64,000 nt of DNA from NCBI GenBank assembly GCA_016748015.1, contig JAAOMT010000591.1:605050-669049 (forward strand). The letters run 5' to 3'. This stretch comes from Geosiphon pyriformis uo1. Its lineage: Eukaryota > Fungi > Glomeromycota. This document shows positions 12,685-26,600 of this stretch, one piece after another; positions within the stretch are counted from its first letter, which is position 1; each line of letters starts with the position of its first letter. The notes beneath the pieces are model-generated. The model searched no databases. It was not told where the DNA came from and saw only the letters and a program-made list of their open reading frames with translations. The position numbers and the translations under genes were made by a program.

Positions 12685-15600
12685 CCAGAAGTGCCATCAA
12701 TATTTTATCAACAGATATGTTCATATCAAATACAAAAATAGCATCAGCCCAACTTCCATTTCAAAGTAAACAAAAGAAAGCAGAGTTATTGGGAACCTAT
12801 AGCAATTATTTTGAAGGATTTAATTTATAATCACCAATGCCATCAGGATTTAATTACTGCCACTTCAGCCAGATTTTGGAACCATAAGTTTTTGGGAAGT
12901 AATGGAGTCAGAAAAAGAGAAAAATGAAAATCAGGAATTTAACTATTAAAACTCAATTCCAAAAAACCTGGAAATTCAAACTTTGATTGTGCCAACTTAG
13001 CAAAATCAGAACAATCCAAATCTTGATATTAATAATCAGCAAAACTTATCTTTAGTAATCATGATCAATGTACCACTAATTGCTACACCACCACAACTAC
13101 AACTTTAACAACAGCCACAACAACTAATAGTCTACACTCCAATCACAAGACTTGAAAAATTCACCAGTAAAAAGAATAATGCTCAAGTCTAATTGAATGA
13201 CATCACTAAAGCAATCATAGCAAATAACTGGAACAATGCCAGAACACTTTAAGCAATTCCATATTTTCTCTAAGATATTACTAATTCATAGTATTAGAAC
13301 TTTGTTAACAAATCACAAAACTTCAATGCATTTAAAACTGCATTTCTACAATATTTTAATGACAATAATAGTATTAACCACCTAGCCAATAGTTTTATCA
13401 CAATCAAACAAGGTGATACTGAAGCAGTTACCATCTATTTGGGACATTTCCACAAAAATCTGTGCCAAATACAAACAATTAAAGTTGACTATTTCACAAT
13501 GCCACAGATTCTGAATCAATTTATACACAGATTGTGCAACAGTTTGCTACAAAAAGTACATTTAATGCATTTAAATACACTCTAAAACACAGTCACACAT
13601 GTCCAAGATTTTGAATCAGCAGAATTAAAAGCCAATCACATCTAAGCCATTAATCTAGTAATAAATAAATTATCTAAATTAGATTCTAAGCTAAAATAAT
13701 ACAGTGATGCTATTAATCAGAAAATTGAGGAGTACTTAGCTAATAATAGCAATTAGGCAATTTATCAGCCACTACAATGTTGTGAAAATTCAGAAAATTC
13801 CAATTGATCCCAGAATCAGTCATGTCCATCTTTATTAAATCAACAGTAGTAACAAGAGATGTGTATCTGCCATTATTGTGATAAACAAAAACATGTAAGA
13901 ATAGATTGCCACCAAAGATTAAATAACCAATAATTGGGAAATCAATATTAAAATTCTAATTGCCAGTTTTAAATCCAAACTATGCCAATAATCAATTACC
14001 TGAACAATATTACTATCAATTTCATTACTCAACCATAACACAACCAATATACTTATTTTCAGTATATTAAACTCTAGCATCTGTAATATATTAGCCATAA
14101 CCACAAATAATATATCAACTTCAGCAAATTTAAGAGCCACCTTAAACTACTGTGCCAACTGAAAACCAAAGACAAAGAATCACACACACCCAACAAAATT
14201 GGAAATCAGCAATGGTAATGCACCAATTGATCTTCAATGTATCAAGTTAGCTATTAGAATTATGCCAGTAAAGTTTAGGAAACAGACATAATCATAACCC
14301 AAGTTTTCAGAACTACTTAAGTCTCCTGATTACTCTTGAAGACATCTTGTTCCACAATCTTGAACTCAGTTAAAAGCAGCTACTTACCAACAACATACCA
14401 TTTGCCACTATCACTAAAAACAAATTATTAAAAGCCATTTTTCCCTTTGAACTCAAAGAATCAACAACAACACCTTTATTTAGTGGAGCTGTTCTCAATG
14501 CCAAACTAATCATGATTATGTATACTGATGTAAAAGTTGATGGCCATCCTATCAAACTAATCTTTGATAGCAGTTCAACAGACAGCATTATCATTAAGCA
14601 ACTCATAGACCAATTAGGTTACTGAGTTAATTATGCTGCCAGCACCAGAATTATTACAGCTAATAAAGCAATTAAAACTCCTATTAACAAAATTAATGAC
14701 TTCTTGTTTGAAATTAGCAGTATCATCATGCCCATAAAAGTTCTTGTTATAGAAGCCACACAATACCAAGCATTAGTTGGTAATGACTGACTGTCCAAGA
14801 CCAATGCTGTGCTTAACTAGAACACCCAAGAGTTATAGGTCAGTCAAAACAGCCAACACACTAGAATACCAGCCACTTATGGTTATTTTAAGACTACCAT
14901 GCCAGCATCATTAATAGAATTTGAGGAAAAAGAAAGAAAATCTACCTAAAAAGCCTACCAAGTTTTGTGGATTAATATTGATTACAACAAATTATCTCTA
15001 ATACTCTCTTGAGACAATAAAAGAAAAAAGAAAGAAAAAGACAAGTCACAAGAAAATACTACTACCAGCAAAACCACCAGTGATTGGGAAAGATTTTATT
15101 CAACTAACACTAAACCAGAGCCACTATATATTCCACTCAAGTACAAAAACTGCAAGAAAAAGCTGTTCTCTATAGGAGCCTAAGTTGTGTTTAATGAAAA
15201 TTACTGGGCATGTACACACTATTATTGCAAGCTGTGTCACTATAAATGCTATAGTTACCCTAAATAACAAGGCAAGTAGAACAATAAATCATATTTTACT
15301 TGTAATAAACAGTTACTCAATAAAAGAATATAAAATAACATTCTTGGTCAAGAGAGAACATGTGATGCTTTGTGTCAATATATGATTCTTATAAGTAACT
15401 AAGTAAGTTGTAGCACATTTATCAATGCAGCATGGCAGCAAATAATCTTTCACTTAGATAACTACTCACATGATAAAGACAAAATTTGGTGAATAACCAC
15501 TGCCAAAGTCAAAAGTACATTACCCAGTGAAATTTTGGAAGTCAAAAACAATCTACTAAAACCAATTAAAACTGTTCTTATTTCCAATTTAAATGTATTT

Positions 15601-17707
15601 TTTGATATTGAAGTTGGCCCAAAAGAGTCCCATAAACACTATTAGAATTTAGTGCCAACCAGACAAGAACAAGAGCAACAATTAGAACAACTAAATATCC
15701 AACTTTGTGACTACTGTTTAATTCCATGTGGTTTTCATTTACAATCTACCACTATGCATAATTTACACAATTTTAAAAGAAAATGAACCAATCAGCAGCT
15801 GCACATTAGGATTGAAATCACTATTTAATTCCAATTCAAACTCCAACAATAATGATAATAATGATAAAAACAATGGTTTCAGCTTAATTCTAAATGACAA
15901 TAACAATAACAACAATTCAAACTTTGATTATAACCCCAAATAATACATTGTGTTACCTGATCTTTTCAAGAAGCAGGAACTAAAATAGTTCAGCAATAAC
16001 AATGAAGGTATTATTCCAGAATGCATGCATAATACTGATGCAAAATTTGATTTGAGATATCCAAAAAAGAATGTCATAAAATTGGAACCACATTTGCATA
16101 TCTACATTGATCTGAAAATAGCATTAAAAATTTTGGCAACAACTATAGTGCAATTAGTATCTAGATCTAGTTTAATGAAGAAAAAAATCAACATCAGAAG
16201 AGAAATAATTAATGCAGAATATATGAGAAATATCATTATAATGCTACAAAATAACTCAAAAAAAGAATATATTATTGAATCAAATAAAAAAATAGCACAA
16301 GCAATATTCTTACTTCTGGTGAAAATAGCTCAATTAGTGTCAATAAAAAAAAAAGAAAAATTAGAAATAACAGTAAGAGAAATAAGTGGATTTGGATCCA
16401 CAGGTAGAATAAACATACCAGTTAATATGGCAGAGGAAAAAATTATTGACAAAGGAAAAATTATCTCCACCCATTAAATAATTTCTATTTCACTATATAA
16501 TCAGTATTTAGTAGTTATAGAAAAGAGAGTAAAAAATCAGCCTCAAATTTTTAAAGCAAAAGCTACTATTTGTAAATTAGAAAAAATTATTATCACCAAT
16601 CTCTACATATTAGTTAAGAATAACAAACACATCAAAATTTCTATCTACAATATGACTGGAGATATTATCAAGATACCAAAAGGAACTATCATTAGATATA
16701 TAAGCACAGAAGTTAAGGATCAACCACCAAACTTCATTTCAAATTTTCCACAACTTTGTAAATATGTAGACATTATATCACAAACAATATATGGACAAGA
16801 AAAGTGTTATTTGCTCCAACCAAAACAATTGAATCAGATAAATCTGGGAAACTTAAACCCATTTTAACAAATGCAACTCAAAATATTACTTAATAATTTT
16901 ACTAATATCTTTATAAGTGAAAACAAATTTGGTAGAACTGACATCATCCAGCATTAGATCAAGACTGGAGATGCAATACCAATTAAACAAAAAGCATACA
17001 GAATACTACCAGCAAGCCATAAAATCATTTGACAGGAAATCAACTGGATGTTAGACAATAAATTAATTTAATCATCAATGAGTCTATAATTATTACCAAT
17101 GGTACTAATTTACAAGAAGAATGAAAAAATTTGCTTTTGTATAGATTATAAAAAGCTCAACAGTATTACTTGTGAAGACAGTTATCCAATTCCACAAATT
17201 CAGAAATTATTCAATGCTTTTGGAGAAAAGAAATGGTTTTCTACTTTAGATTTAGATAGTGATTACTGGCAAGTAGTCATAAAACTAAAAAACAAACAAA
17301 AAACTGCATTCATCACAAGAGAAGAGAATTTTGAATTTAAAGTAATGCTATTTGGCTTAACCAATACTTCAGCCACTTTCCAATGACTAATAAAAATTGT
17401 TTATACTAGACTGCTATGGAAATCAGTAGTTGTTTATTTGCATAACACCAATGTATTCTCAAAAACATTTAATGAGCATCTTTATTATTTACAGTAAGTG
17501 TTTGAAAGACTCTAAAAAGCCAAATTGAAACTAAATACAAATAAATATTTCTTCAGCAAAACAGAACTAAAATTCTTGAAGTGTGTTATAAGCAAAGATG
17601 AAACCAAGACAGATTCAGACAAGATTGAGATTATTAAAAACTTTTTAGTACCAACAAATCTTACAGAATTAAGAGCATTTTTGGAATTCACTGAATACTA
17701 TTATCAT
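12685..17707 (+). mobile_element. Outer Ty3/gypsy family D element, left segment (gag, PR, Cys-rich domain, dUTPase, RT N-half), heavily decayed
   Basis: Collinear with 19040-23635; LIFDSS protease site ~14555; dUTPase 16025-16410; RT peptides FCIDYKKLN and FSTLDLDSDYWQ; breaks in the YYRRF motif. Confidence 0.88.
16015..16410 (+). pseudogene. dUTPase domain in pol (outer D)
   Basis: DAKFDL, RSSL, IINAEY, IAQAIF, REISGFGSTG. Confidence 0.85.
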
Positions 17708-18551
17708 TGTTATTCATAGAAAAAGCATACAAAAAAATAATAAGAAAAACAGATAGACCAATAGGAAAATAGTAGTTAAACACATAAGCATATTGTTTAG
17801 CAATGTAGAGCAATGTCAGAAAATCATAATATATTGCTCAGCAATATGGAACAATGTTAGAAAATCATAACACATTGCTTAGCAATTTGAACATTGTTTA
17901 AGAAATTATAGCACATCATTTGAGAATGTAAGCAATCTTATAAAATCCAAATTATGTATATATAGCAAGAGCATTAGAAGCAGAAAAGACAGAACCAATA
18001 CCTAGATTACTCTGTTAAGACATATTAGTTAAAATTATCAATATTAATAAAATAATTATTACCTATTTAAATCATTTTCTCTACTATTAACACTTTATGT
18101 TAATAGTATTCAATACTTAATTACATTGGAATAATAGTTTTTGATTATGGCTATTAATGGGATACTAATTCTTTTTTGCCTTGGCTTATTTTTATTTTAT
18201 TTTATTTTTTTTATTTTTATTTTTTTGGTTTTGCTATTATTTACTAATTGATTAAAAATTAAATACACAGAGTTATTGACATTAAAGTGATTGGTAAAAA
18301 ACCCAAAAATAAGAGTAGAACACTCAAAAATTGAGAATAGCTTACCAGAAAGATTACTGGCCATCACACTAAGAAAAAAATTTGATGGAATTACAATTCT
18401 GAGAAGTGATAAATAAAACAACACTTGAATTTCTGTCCATTATACAAAAAACTCAACCAAAACTTTTGAATCATATCAATCATATCAGCTATTAAGCACC
18501 AAGTTATGGGTTTGTTATTTGATTTGAAATCTCAAATAATCATCTGTAATA
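17708..18551 (+). repeat. LTR family D (5' LTR)
   Basis: TGTTATTCATAG...CATCTGTAATA; ~38-bp repeats with ATTGCTTAGCAAT core at 17788-17940; TATATATA 17957; followed by PBS. Confidence 0.9.
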
Positions 18552-18553
18552 TT

Positions 18554-18570
18554 TGGTGCTCCCTGTGAAG
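18554..18570 (+). promoter_or_regulatory. Primer-binding site TGGTGCTCCCTGTGA(G/A)G
   Basis: Starts with TGG 2 nt after the LTR; same sequence at 24701, 30978 and 38677. Confidence 0.9.
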
Positions 18571-18613
18571 TATAATCTTACAGAGAACCAGCATCAAAAA
18601 CAACCATCCAAAA

Positions 18614-21600
18614 GTGGCAGAATCAGAAAGAATAAAGACAAACCATTTAGAATTTACCAAATTCTTATTTCAATACTACTGTCAATACTTGAAACTAATC
18701 AACAATTATCTATCAGCAGAATCAGCCTTTAATTTCTACATCAATGAAAAGATCTCATATTTTTTAAAAGCACTAATAAATATTAAATCAGTAAGAAGAA
18801 ATTTTTATAATGAATTAATTCAAAACACCAGCCTAGCAATAAATTATAATTTTGCATTAATTATCACTAAAATCAATAGAGAAATTGAAAATTACACTCA
18901 ACAAAAATATTCAATTATTTATGCAAACAAGAGCAAAAAAAACTATAAACACCAGCAGTAATACTTCAAAGAATACAACTACCTACTTAGAAGAAAACAA
19001 GAGTTGAATTACCAACTCATTTATTATATTACTATACACTTGGAAGTGCCATTAATATTTTATCAACAGGCATGTCCACATTAAATACAAAAACAGCATC
19101 AGCCCAATTTCTATTTTAAAGTAAACAAAAAAAAACAGAACCATTAAGAACCTACAATGATTATTTCAAAGAATTTAATTTGTGATCATCAACACCATCA
19201 GGATTTTGATTATCACTATCTTAGTCAGATTTCAGAACCACAAGTCCTTGGGAAGTAACAAAGTCAGAAGAAAAAACCAAAGATCAGAAATTCAACTATT
19301 AAAATCTGATCTTAGAAAACCCGGAAATTCAAACTCCAATTGTTCCAACTTAGCAAAATCAGAACAATCTGAACTCTGCCATTATTAATCAATCAAATTT
19401 ACCTCCAAAAATTGTAATTAATCTACCACTAATTGTACTAATTATTGCATAATTCCAACCACAGCCACAACTTTAACAACAACCAACCTATACACCAATC
19501 ACCAAACTGGAAAAATTTACTAGTGAAGAAGATGATATGCAAACATAACTAAATAATGTAAAAAAAGCCATTACAGCCAATGGATGAAACAATGCCAAAA
19601 CACTACAAGCCATCCCATATTTTTTTTAGAATACCACTAACTCATGATATTAAAGCTTGACAAATAAATCCCAAGATTTCAACACATTTAAACTTAAGTT
19701 CCTAAGATATTTTAGTAACAATAATAGCATTAACTGTCTAGCCAATATTTTCACCACCATTAAACAAAGAAATACTAAAGCAGTTACCATATATCTGGAA
19801 TGCTTCTACCAAACTTTGTGCCAAATTCAAGCAATTGATACAACCTACTTTATAGAACTGCAGATTTTGAACCAGTTCATTTATGGTCTGTGCAACAGCA
19901 TTCTACAATGCATATGTCCATTACATTCAGACAACCTTCAAGCCATTATTATATACATTAGAGACTTTGAATCAGCTAAACTTAAAGCCAACCACACTTA
20001 AGCCATTAATCTAGTAATAAATAGATCATTTGAATTAGATTCTAAGTTGAAACAATTCAGTGATTCCATTAATCAAAAGTTAGAGGAATACTTAGCTAAC
20101 AATTAGGCCATCTATTAACCTCCACAATAATACAATAATCAAGGAAACTTAAATTGGTTCTAAAATCAATCATGTTTTTTATTGTTAACCAATCAACTAT
20201 GGCAGCCAAAAACACATATCTGCCATAATTGTGGTAAACAAAGTTACATCAGAATTGACTACTATTATAATAGTAACTTACAATTAAAAAATCAATATCA
20301 AAACCCCAATTGCCAGTTTCAAATTCCAAATTATTCACCAAATTAAGATTACTATTAATCTCATTACCCACTTATGATACAACAAATATACTTACTTCTA
20401 ATATATCAAACTCCAATATCTGTAATATATCAGCCACAGCCACAAATAATCTATCAGTCCCAACCAATTCAAACACTACCACCAAACTCAGCTTAAATGT
20501 CATTCAAAAATCAAAGACTGAGAATCACACATACTCAACAAAACTGGAGATTGGTAATAGTAATACACTAATTGATTTCCAGTTTATTAAGTTAACCATC
20601 AGAATCTCACCAGTAAAGTTTAGAAACTAAGTACAACCAAAACCCAAATTCTTAAAACTATTTAAGTCTTTTGATTACTCCAGAAGATGCCAAACCTAGC
20701 AACCAGAAATCCAATCAAACCTAACTACTTACCAACAACATACTTCCAACAACTGTTACTAACAATAAATTACTAATCACAATATTTTTTTTTGAACTAG
20801 AAGAGCCAACAACAACACTTTTATTCAGTAGAACTGTTCTTAATATTAAACTCATTACTGTAATATATACTAATGCCAAAGTCAATAGTCAGTTCATTAA
20901 ACTAATTTTAAACAATAAATCAGCTGGAAACATCATTACATAACAATTTATGGACCAATTAGGTCACATACTGCTAGTGTCAGAATTATTACTGCTGATA
21001 GAGCAACAAAAATGTATATCAGTAAGATTGATGACTTCTTATTTGAAGTCAATGGCATCATTGTGCTTATAAAAGTCCTTGTTATGGAAGCCACACAGTA
21101 CTAAGCACTAGTTGGTAATAATTGGCTGTTTAAGACCAACACTGTATTCAACTAGAACACCCAAAAGTTACAACTTAGTTAAAACAATTAACACATCTGA
21201 ATACCAGCCACTTGTGATCACTTTAAGACTACTATCATACTAGTACTATTAATAAAATTTAAGGAAGAAGAAAAAAAACCTATCTGGAAAGCCTATTAAG
21301 TCTTGTAGACTGACACCAACCACAATAAGTTGTCACCAATCTTTTCTTAGGATGATAAGGGAAAAGAAAAAAAAGAAGATAAGCCACAAAAAGATACCAT
21401 TACCAGTGAAACCATCAGTAGTTGGAAAAGATTTTATTTAACCAACACCAAACCAGAGCCACTATATATTTTACTCAAGTGTAAGAACTGCAAGAAAAAG
21501 CTGTCTTCCATGGAAGTCTAAGTTGTATTTGACAAAGATTACTGAACATACATATACTATTACTGTAAGCCATACTACTGTGAATATCATGACTACCCAA

Positions 21601-23635
21601 AAAAACCAAGAAAGTAGAACAATGAACCATGTCTTATTTGTGGAGAAACTCTACTTAATAAAGAAATATGGAATAACATTCCTGGTTAAAAAGAAACATA
21701 TAATACATTATATTAATACATAATTCTCATAAATAACTAAGTGAGTTGTAAAATGTCTTTCAATACCACATAAAACCGAGTTTTGTTATGCTTAAACAGT
21801 TATTCACATGACAAAAACAAGATCTGAAGAATGGCAAAAACCAAAGTCAAAGGTGCTTTACCTAGCAATATTTTGGAAATAAAAAACAACCTACTGAAAC
21901 CAGTTGAAGTTGTTCTTATTTCCAATTTTGATGTATTTTTTAATATCAAAACAGGCACAGAAAAATTCCATGAAAATTACCAAAATCTAGCTTTCACCAA
22001 GAAAAAGCAAGAACAGTGTTTAGAATAGCTAAATACAAAACTGTATAGATATTGCCTAATTTCCAATAACTTTAAATATTGTAATAATTGTAATATTATT
22101 TACAATCTACCACCACAAATGATCTATTCAATCTCCAAAAAAGAAGAGCCAATTGGTAAGTGTGCAGTGGAATTGGAATTCAAGTTCAATTCTAATTCAA
22201 ACTTTGACAATGATAATAATAATAATAATAGTTTTAGCTTCATTTAATATGGCAATAACAACAATAAAAATTTAAACTCTAATTCAAACTCAGAACAATA
22301 TATTGCACTTTCTGATCTTTCAAAAAAGCAAAAATTTAAATGGTTTAGTGATAATAATGAAAGTATTATGCCAGAATGCATGCATAATACTAATACAGGG
22401 TTTGATTTGAGATATTTAAAAAAAAATACCATCAAATTAGAACCATATTTGCACACTTGCATTAATCTGAAATTAGTACTGGAAATTCCAGCAACAACAA
22501 TAGTTCAATTAGCATTAAGATCTAGTTTACCAAAAAAAGAAATCAACATCAGAGGAGAAATAATTGATGCAGAATATGTAAGAAATATTATTGCAATGCT
22601 ACAAAATGACTTGAAAAAAGAATATATTATTGAACCAAATAAAAAGATAGCACAGGCAATATTTTTACCTTTGGTGAAAATAGCCCAGTTAATATTAGTG
22701 AGAATAAGAGAAAAATTAGAGATTACAACTAAAGAGAAAAATGGATTTGGATCCATGAGAAGAATAAATATACCAATTAATATGGCAGAAAAAAAAGTTA
22801 TTAACAAGAAAGAAATTATTTTCACTCATCAATTAATTTCTATTCCACCATATAACCAGTCCATATTAACTATAGAAAGAAAAGTGAAAGATCAGACTCA
22901 AATTTTTGAAGTAGAAACTACAATTTGTGAATCAGGGAAAATTGGAATCACCAATTTTTACATACCAGCCAAGAGTTCTAAACACATTAAAATTCCTATC
23001 CACAATACAACAAAAGAGATTATTAAAATACCAAAAAGAATTATTATTAGATATTTAAGCACTGAAGTCAAAGACCAACCATCAAAAACCATTTCAGATT
23101 TTCTACAACTGTGTGGATATGTAGATATCACATCACAAACAATATATGGATAAAAAAAATATTATTTGTTTCAACTACAACAATTGGAACAAATGAACTT
23201 GGGAAACTTAGACACACTCCAACAAATGCAACTCAAAATGTTACTTAATAATTTTACTGATATCTTTGCCAATGAAAACAAATTTGGCCAAACTGATATT
23301 ATTTAGCATTAGATCAAGACTAAAAATACAATACCAATTAAACAGAAAGCATATCAAGTATTACCAGCCAGCCATGAGATCATTCAACAAAAAATTAACA
23401 GAATGTTGAACAATGGGTTAATTCAATCATCAATAAGTCCATGGTCATCACCAGTAGTACTAGTCCATAAGAAGAATAGAAAAATCTATTTTTGTGTGGA
23501 TTATAAAAAACTCAATAATATAACTCATGAAAACAGCTACTCCACTCCACAAATCTAAAAATTATTTAATGCTTTTAAAAGAAAGAAATAGTTCTTCACA
23601 TTAAACTTGAATTGTAATTACTGACAAATAGCCAT
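18614..23635 (+). pseudogene. Family D gag-pol: gag with CCHC knuckle, PR, Cys-rich domain, dUTPase 22368-22762, start of RT
   Basis: KLEKFTSEED, CHNCGKQ; dUTPase GFDL/RSSL/IIDAEY/IAQ/GFGS; SPWSSPVVLV; interrupted at 23636. Confidence 0.88.
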
Positions 23636-26600
23636 TGTTACCCAAGTAGAAAAACTGATCTGAAGTTAGAAAAAATGTGACCAAAACATGACATAACACA
23701 AAATAGCACACAATAATGTTGGATAATGCATTATAACTTAGAATAGTGCAGGATAATGCATTATAACATAGAATAATATATAATAACATCAGATAATGTG
23801 TTATAACAGAGAACAACACAGAATAACATGTAATAACACCAGATAACATATTATAATGTAGAATAACTGGGAATAATGTAAAAAAACAAAGCAATAACAG
23901 AAATAATAAAAGCAATAATTAGCAATAATAAAACAATTAGAAGCAATCCTGTAAAACCAAAAGAATGTATAAAAGCAAGTAGTTGTAAAAGGTAGAAACA
24001 AACAGACAAATAGATACAAATTCTTAAACAAGAATCAAATATTCTTACCTCTCCTTATTTATTATATTTCCATATTTATTTTCTGAAATAAATCAATTAT
24101 CAAAGAAATCAGAATCACAAATTTATGTTCTCGAACTGTGTGGGATTTATGTGAATTAACCATTGTTTTGTACTTTTGTTTTAGAACAGATGTTTTTAGC
24201 ATAACTGTCTTAGACTATTAATAATTTGGACCAATTGTTCTTGATCATGGTAATTGATAATACTAATTTATCTTTTTCTTTTTTTTCTTTTTTTTTCTTT
24301 CTTATTTTCTTTTGTGGAGCAGCAACATAGTAAAATTGACTATCTGAAAATAGACTTCGTGATAGCCTGGTAAAAGAGGGAGACTTTTCCTAGGTTTTAG
24401 ATATTAACGTTATCTTGTTAGCTTACCAGAAAGGCAAAAAGACACCACCAGACCCTAACAATTATGCTTGTTAGCTTGGAGAAGAAAGCTCATATTTACA
24501 GAAGATGTTACAATCAACAAAAAACAAACTCTATGCCTTATAATTAAAGAACTTAATGGGTAAATTCACATTCAGAAATAGACTTTCAGAGACTGATAAT
24601 CAAGACTAAGCCAACAAAATTATGTGGAAGATGCATCACCAATAATTGAGAGCACCAAACATTACTATCTCCATTACCCACCAAGTTTATCCATAACATT
24701 TGATGCTCCCTGTGAAGTTATAAATCCACAGAGACAAAGCACTTCAGAAATATCAGTAAAAACTGCTTATGCAAAAAGTGATTTTTGTAATTATATCAAC
24801 GCAAAAATTGACTGCTTATTAGGCCATACAACTGACACAAAAAGACTGGAAGAACAAATCCATCAAAGCTTATTAGAGTACTCAACAGCCATGACCACCC
24901 AAGCAATTGCTGAAACTCTGTACATAATTGATATAGACATTAAATATTATATAACAAAACAATTTTTTCAAGTACAACAACTAGTAGAATCTGATTCTGA
25001 GGAATATAAAAACGAATCCAACAACCCCATAACTGCTCAAGCCAAATTCATGGTCAACAAAAAACCAAGGTTTCTCTCCCCAACAACTTTATTATATCAT
25101 CAGACACCCCAAAGTAAAATTGTATTCAACTCACACCTGAAAACCCAGTTAGAAACACCATAAACTCCTGGAAATTCATACCCTTGGAATCAACATAGTT
25201 GGACCAAATCATTAGGAGAATATGGATCATTGTTTGGAAATCTCTCCCCAACACTTAACAAAACAGACAGAAATACGTTGACATGAGAACTACCACCAAC
25301 CCAACCATTGACCAAATCATCAACCATCTCCTCTGAAGAAACAGCTATCCTCCAGCTTATTGGGAAAATTAACAAAGAGAAACAACCAGAATTAGCACCA
25401 GGAGAACACTCTAGCACACAAACACCAAACCCCCCAGCATTAATTAGTAAGACTCCACCTACCTACCAAATTATGGCTTACCAAGATATCGCCAAATTAG
25501 AAAAATTCTTCAGTAAAGAAGATGACACATATATATGGATTGTGGAAGCTGAGAAAGCCATTACCGCTAACAATTAGAATAATGATAGAACCATTCAAGT
25601 GTTGCTATTCTTTCTGACTGGAACCACAGACTCATGGTATCAAAGTCTTGCAGAGAAACCAACCAACTTCACTGTCTTTAAACTTGTCTTTCTGCAATAC
25701 TTCTGTGACTCCAACACTCTTATCAGATTACAAAAGCAGTTCAGTATCATAAAACAAAAAAACCATGAAGCAGTAACCACTTATCTTGGACAATTCAACC
25801 AAATTCTTTGTTAAATCCAAGCCATTGAAAGGAATTACTACACTGTGGTGCAAATTCTTAACCAATTTGTCAAAGGATTAAAAAGCAGTCTCCTTCAATC
25901 CATAAGACCCCACCACCCAACAAACCTACAAGAAGCAGTTACTCTTGCTTGTGACTTTGAGTCAGCAAAACAAAAGGCTAACTATATTTAAGTTGTTAAC
26001 CTGGCTATCAATAGAACCTTCAATATCAACACAAAAATAACTTAATTAAGTGAGAAATTAACTCAGAAAATTAAGGGATTTTTAGCCACTATCATAGGAC
26101 CCTACCAACCACCACAACGAAGGAATAGTAATAACACCAAATACCAACAACAACAGAATCACTAGCAACAACAACAACCTTGGAGATCTGATCCTCACAA
26201 TTGTTACTATTGCCAGAAATCTGGACACATCATCCAGGACTACTGTAAGAAAGTAATAGACTAAAACCAAGGAAATTAATATTAGCACCCAAAATACTCT
26301 CAAAACATGGTATTTCAATACTCTATACCTCAATATCAACCACCTCAATACTCACAACAAATGTAGTATACTCAGCAACCACCTCAGGCCTACTACTAGT
26401 TTTTACAGCCAATGACTTAAGCAGCACCCCAGTACTAAAGCTCTGTTAATAACCAACCTAGACATCATGCAATTGATTACAACCAAAGATGGAAGAACTC
26501 CAGCAACAATCAAAGACCAACTAACAGTGTACTATTGTGATCTCTAAATTGTAGTAATGCCCCATTTCAACCAGTATCAACTGGATACCCTAACCAAGCC

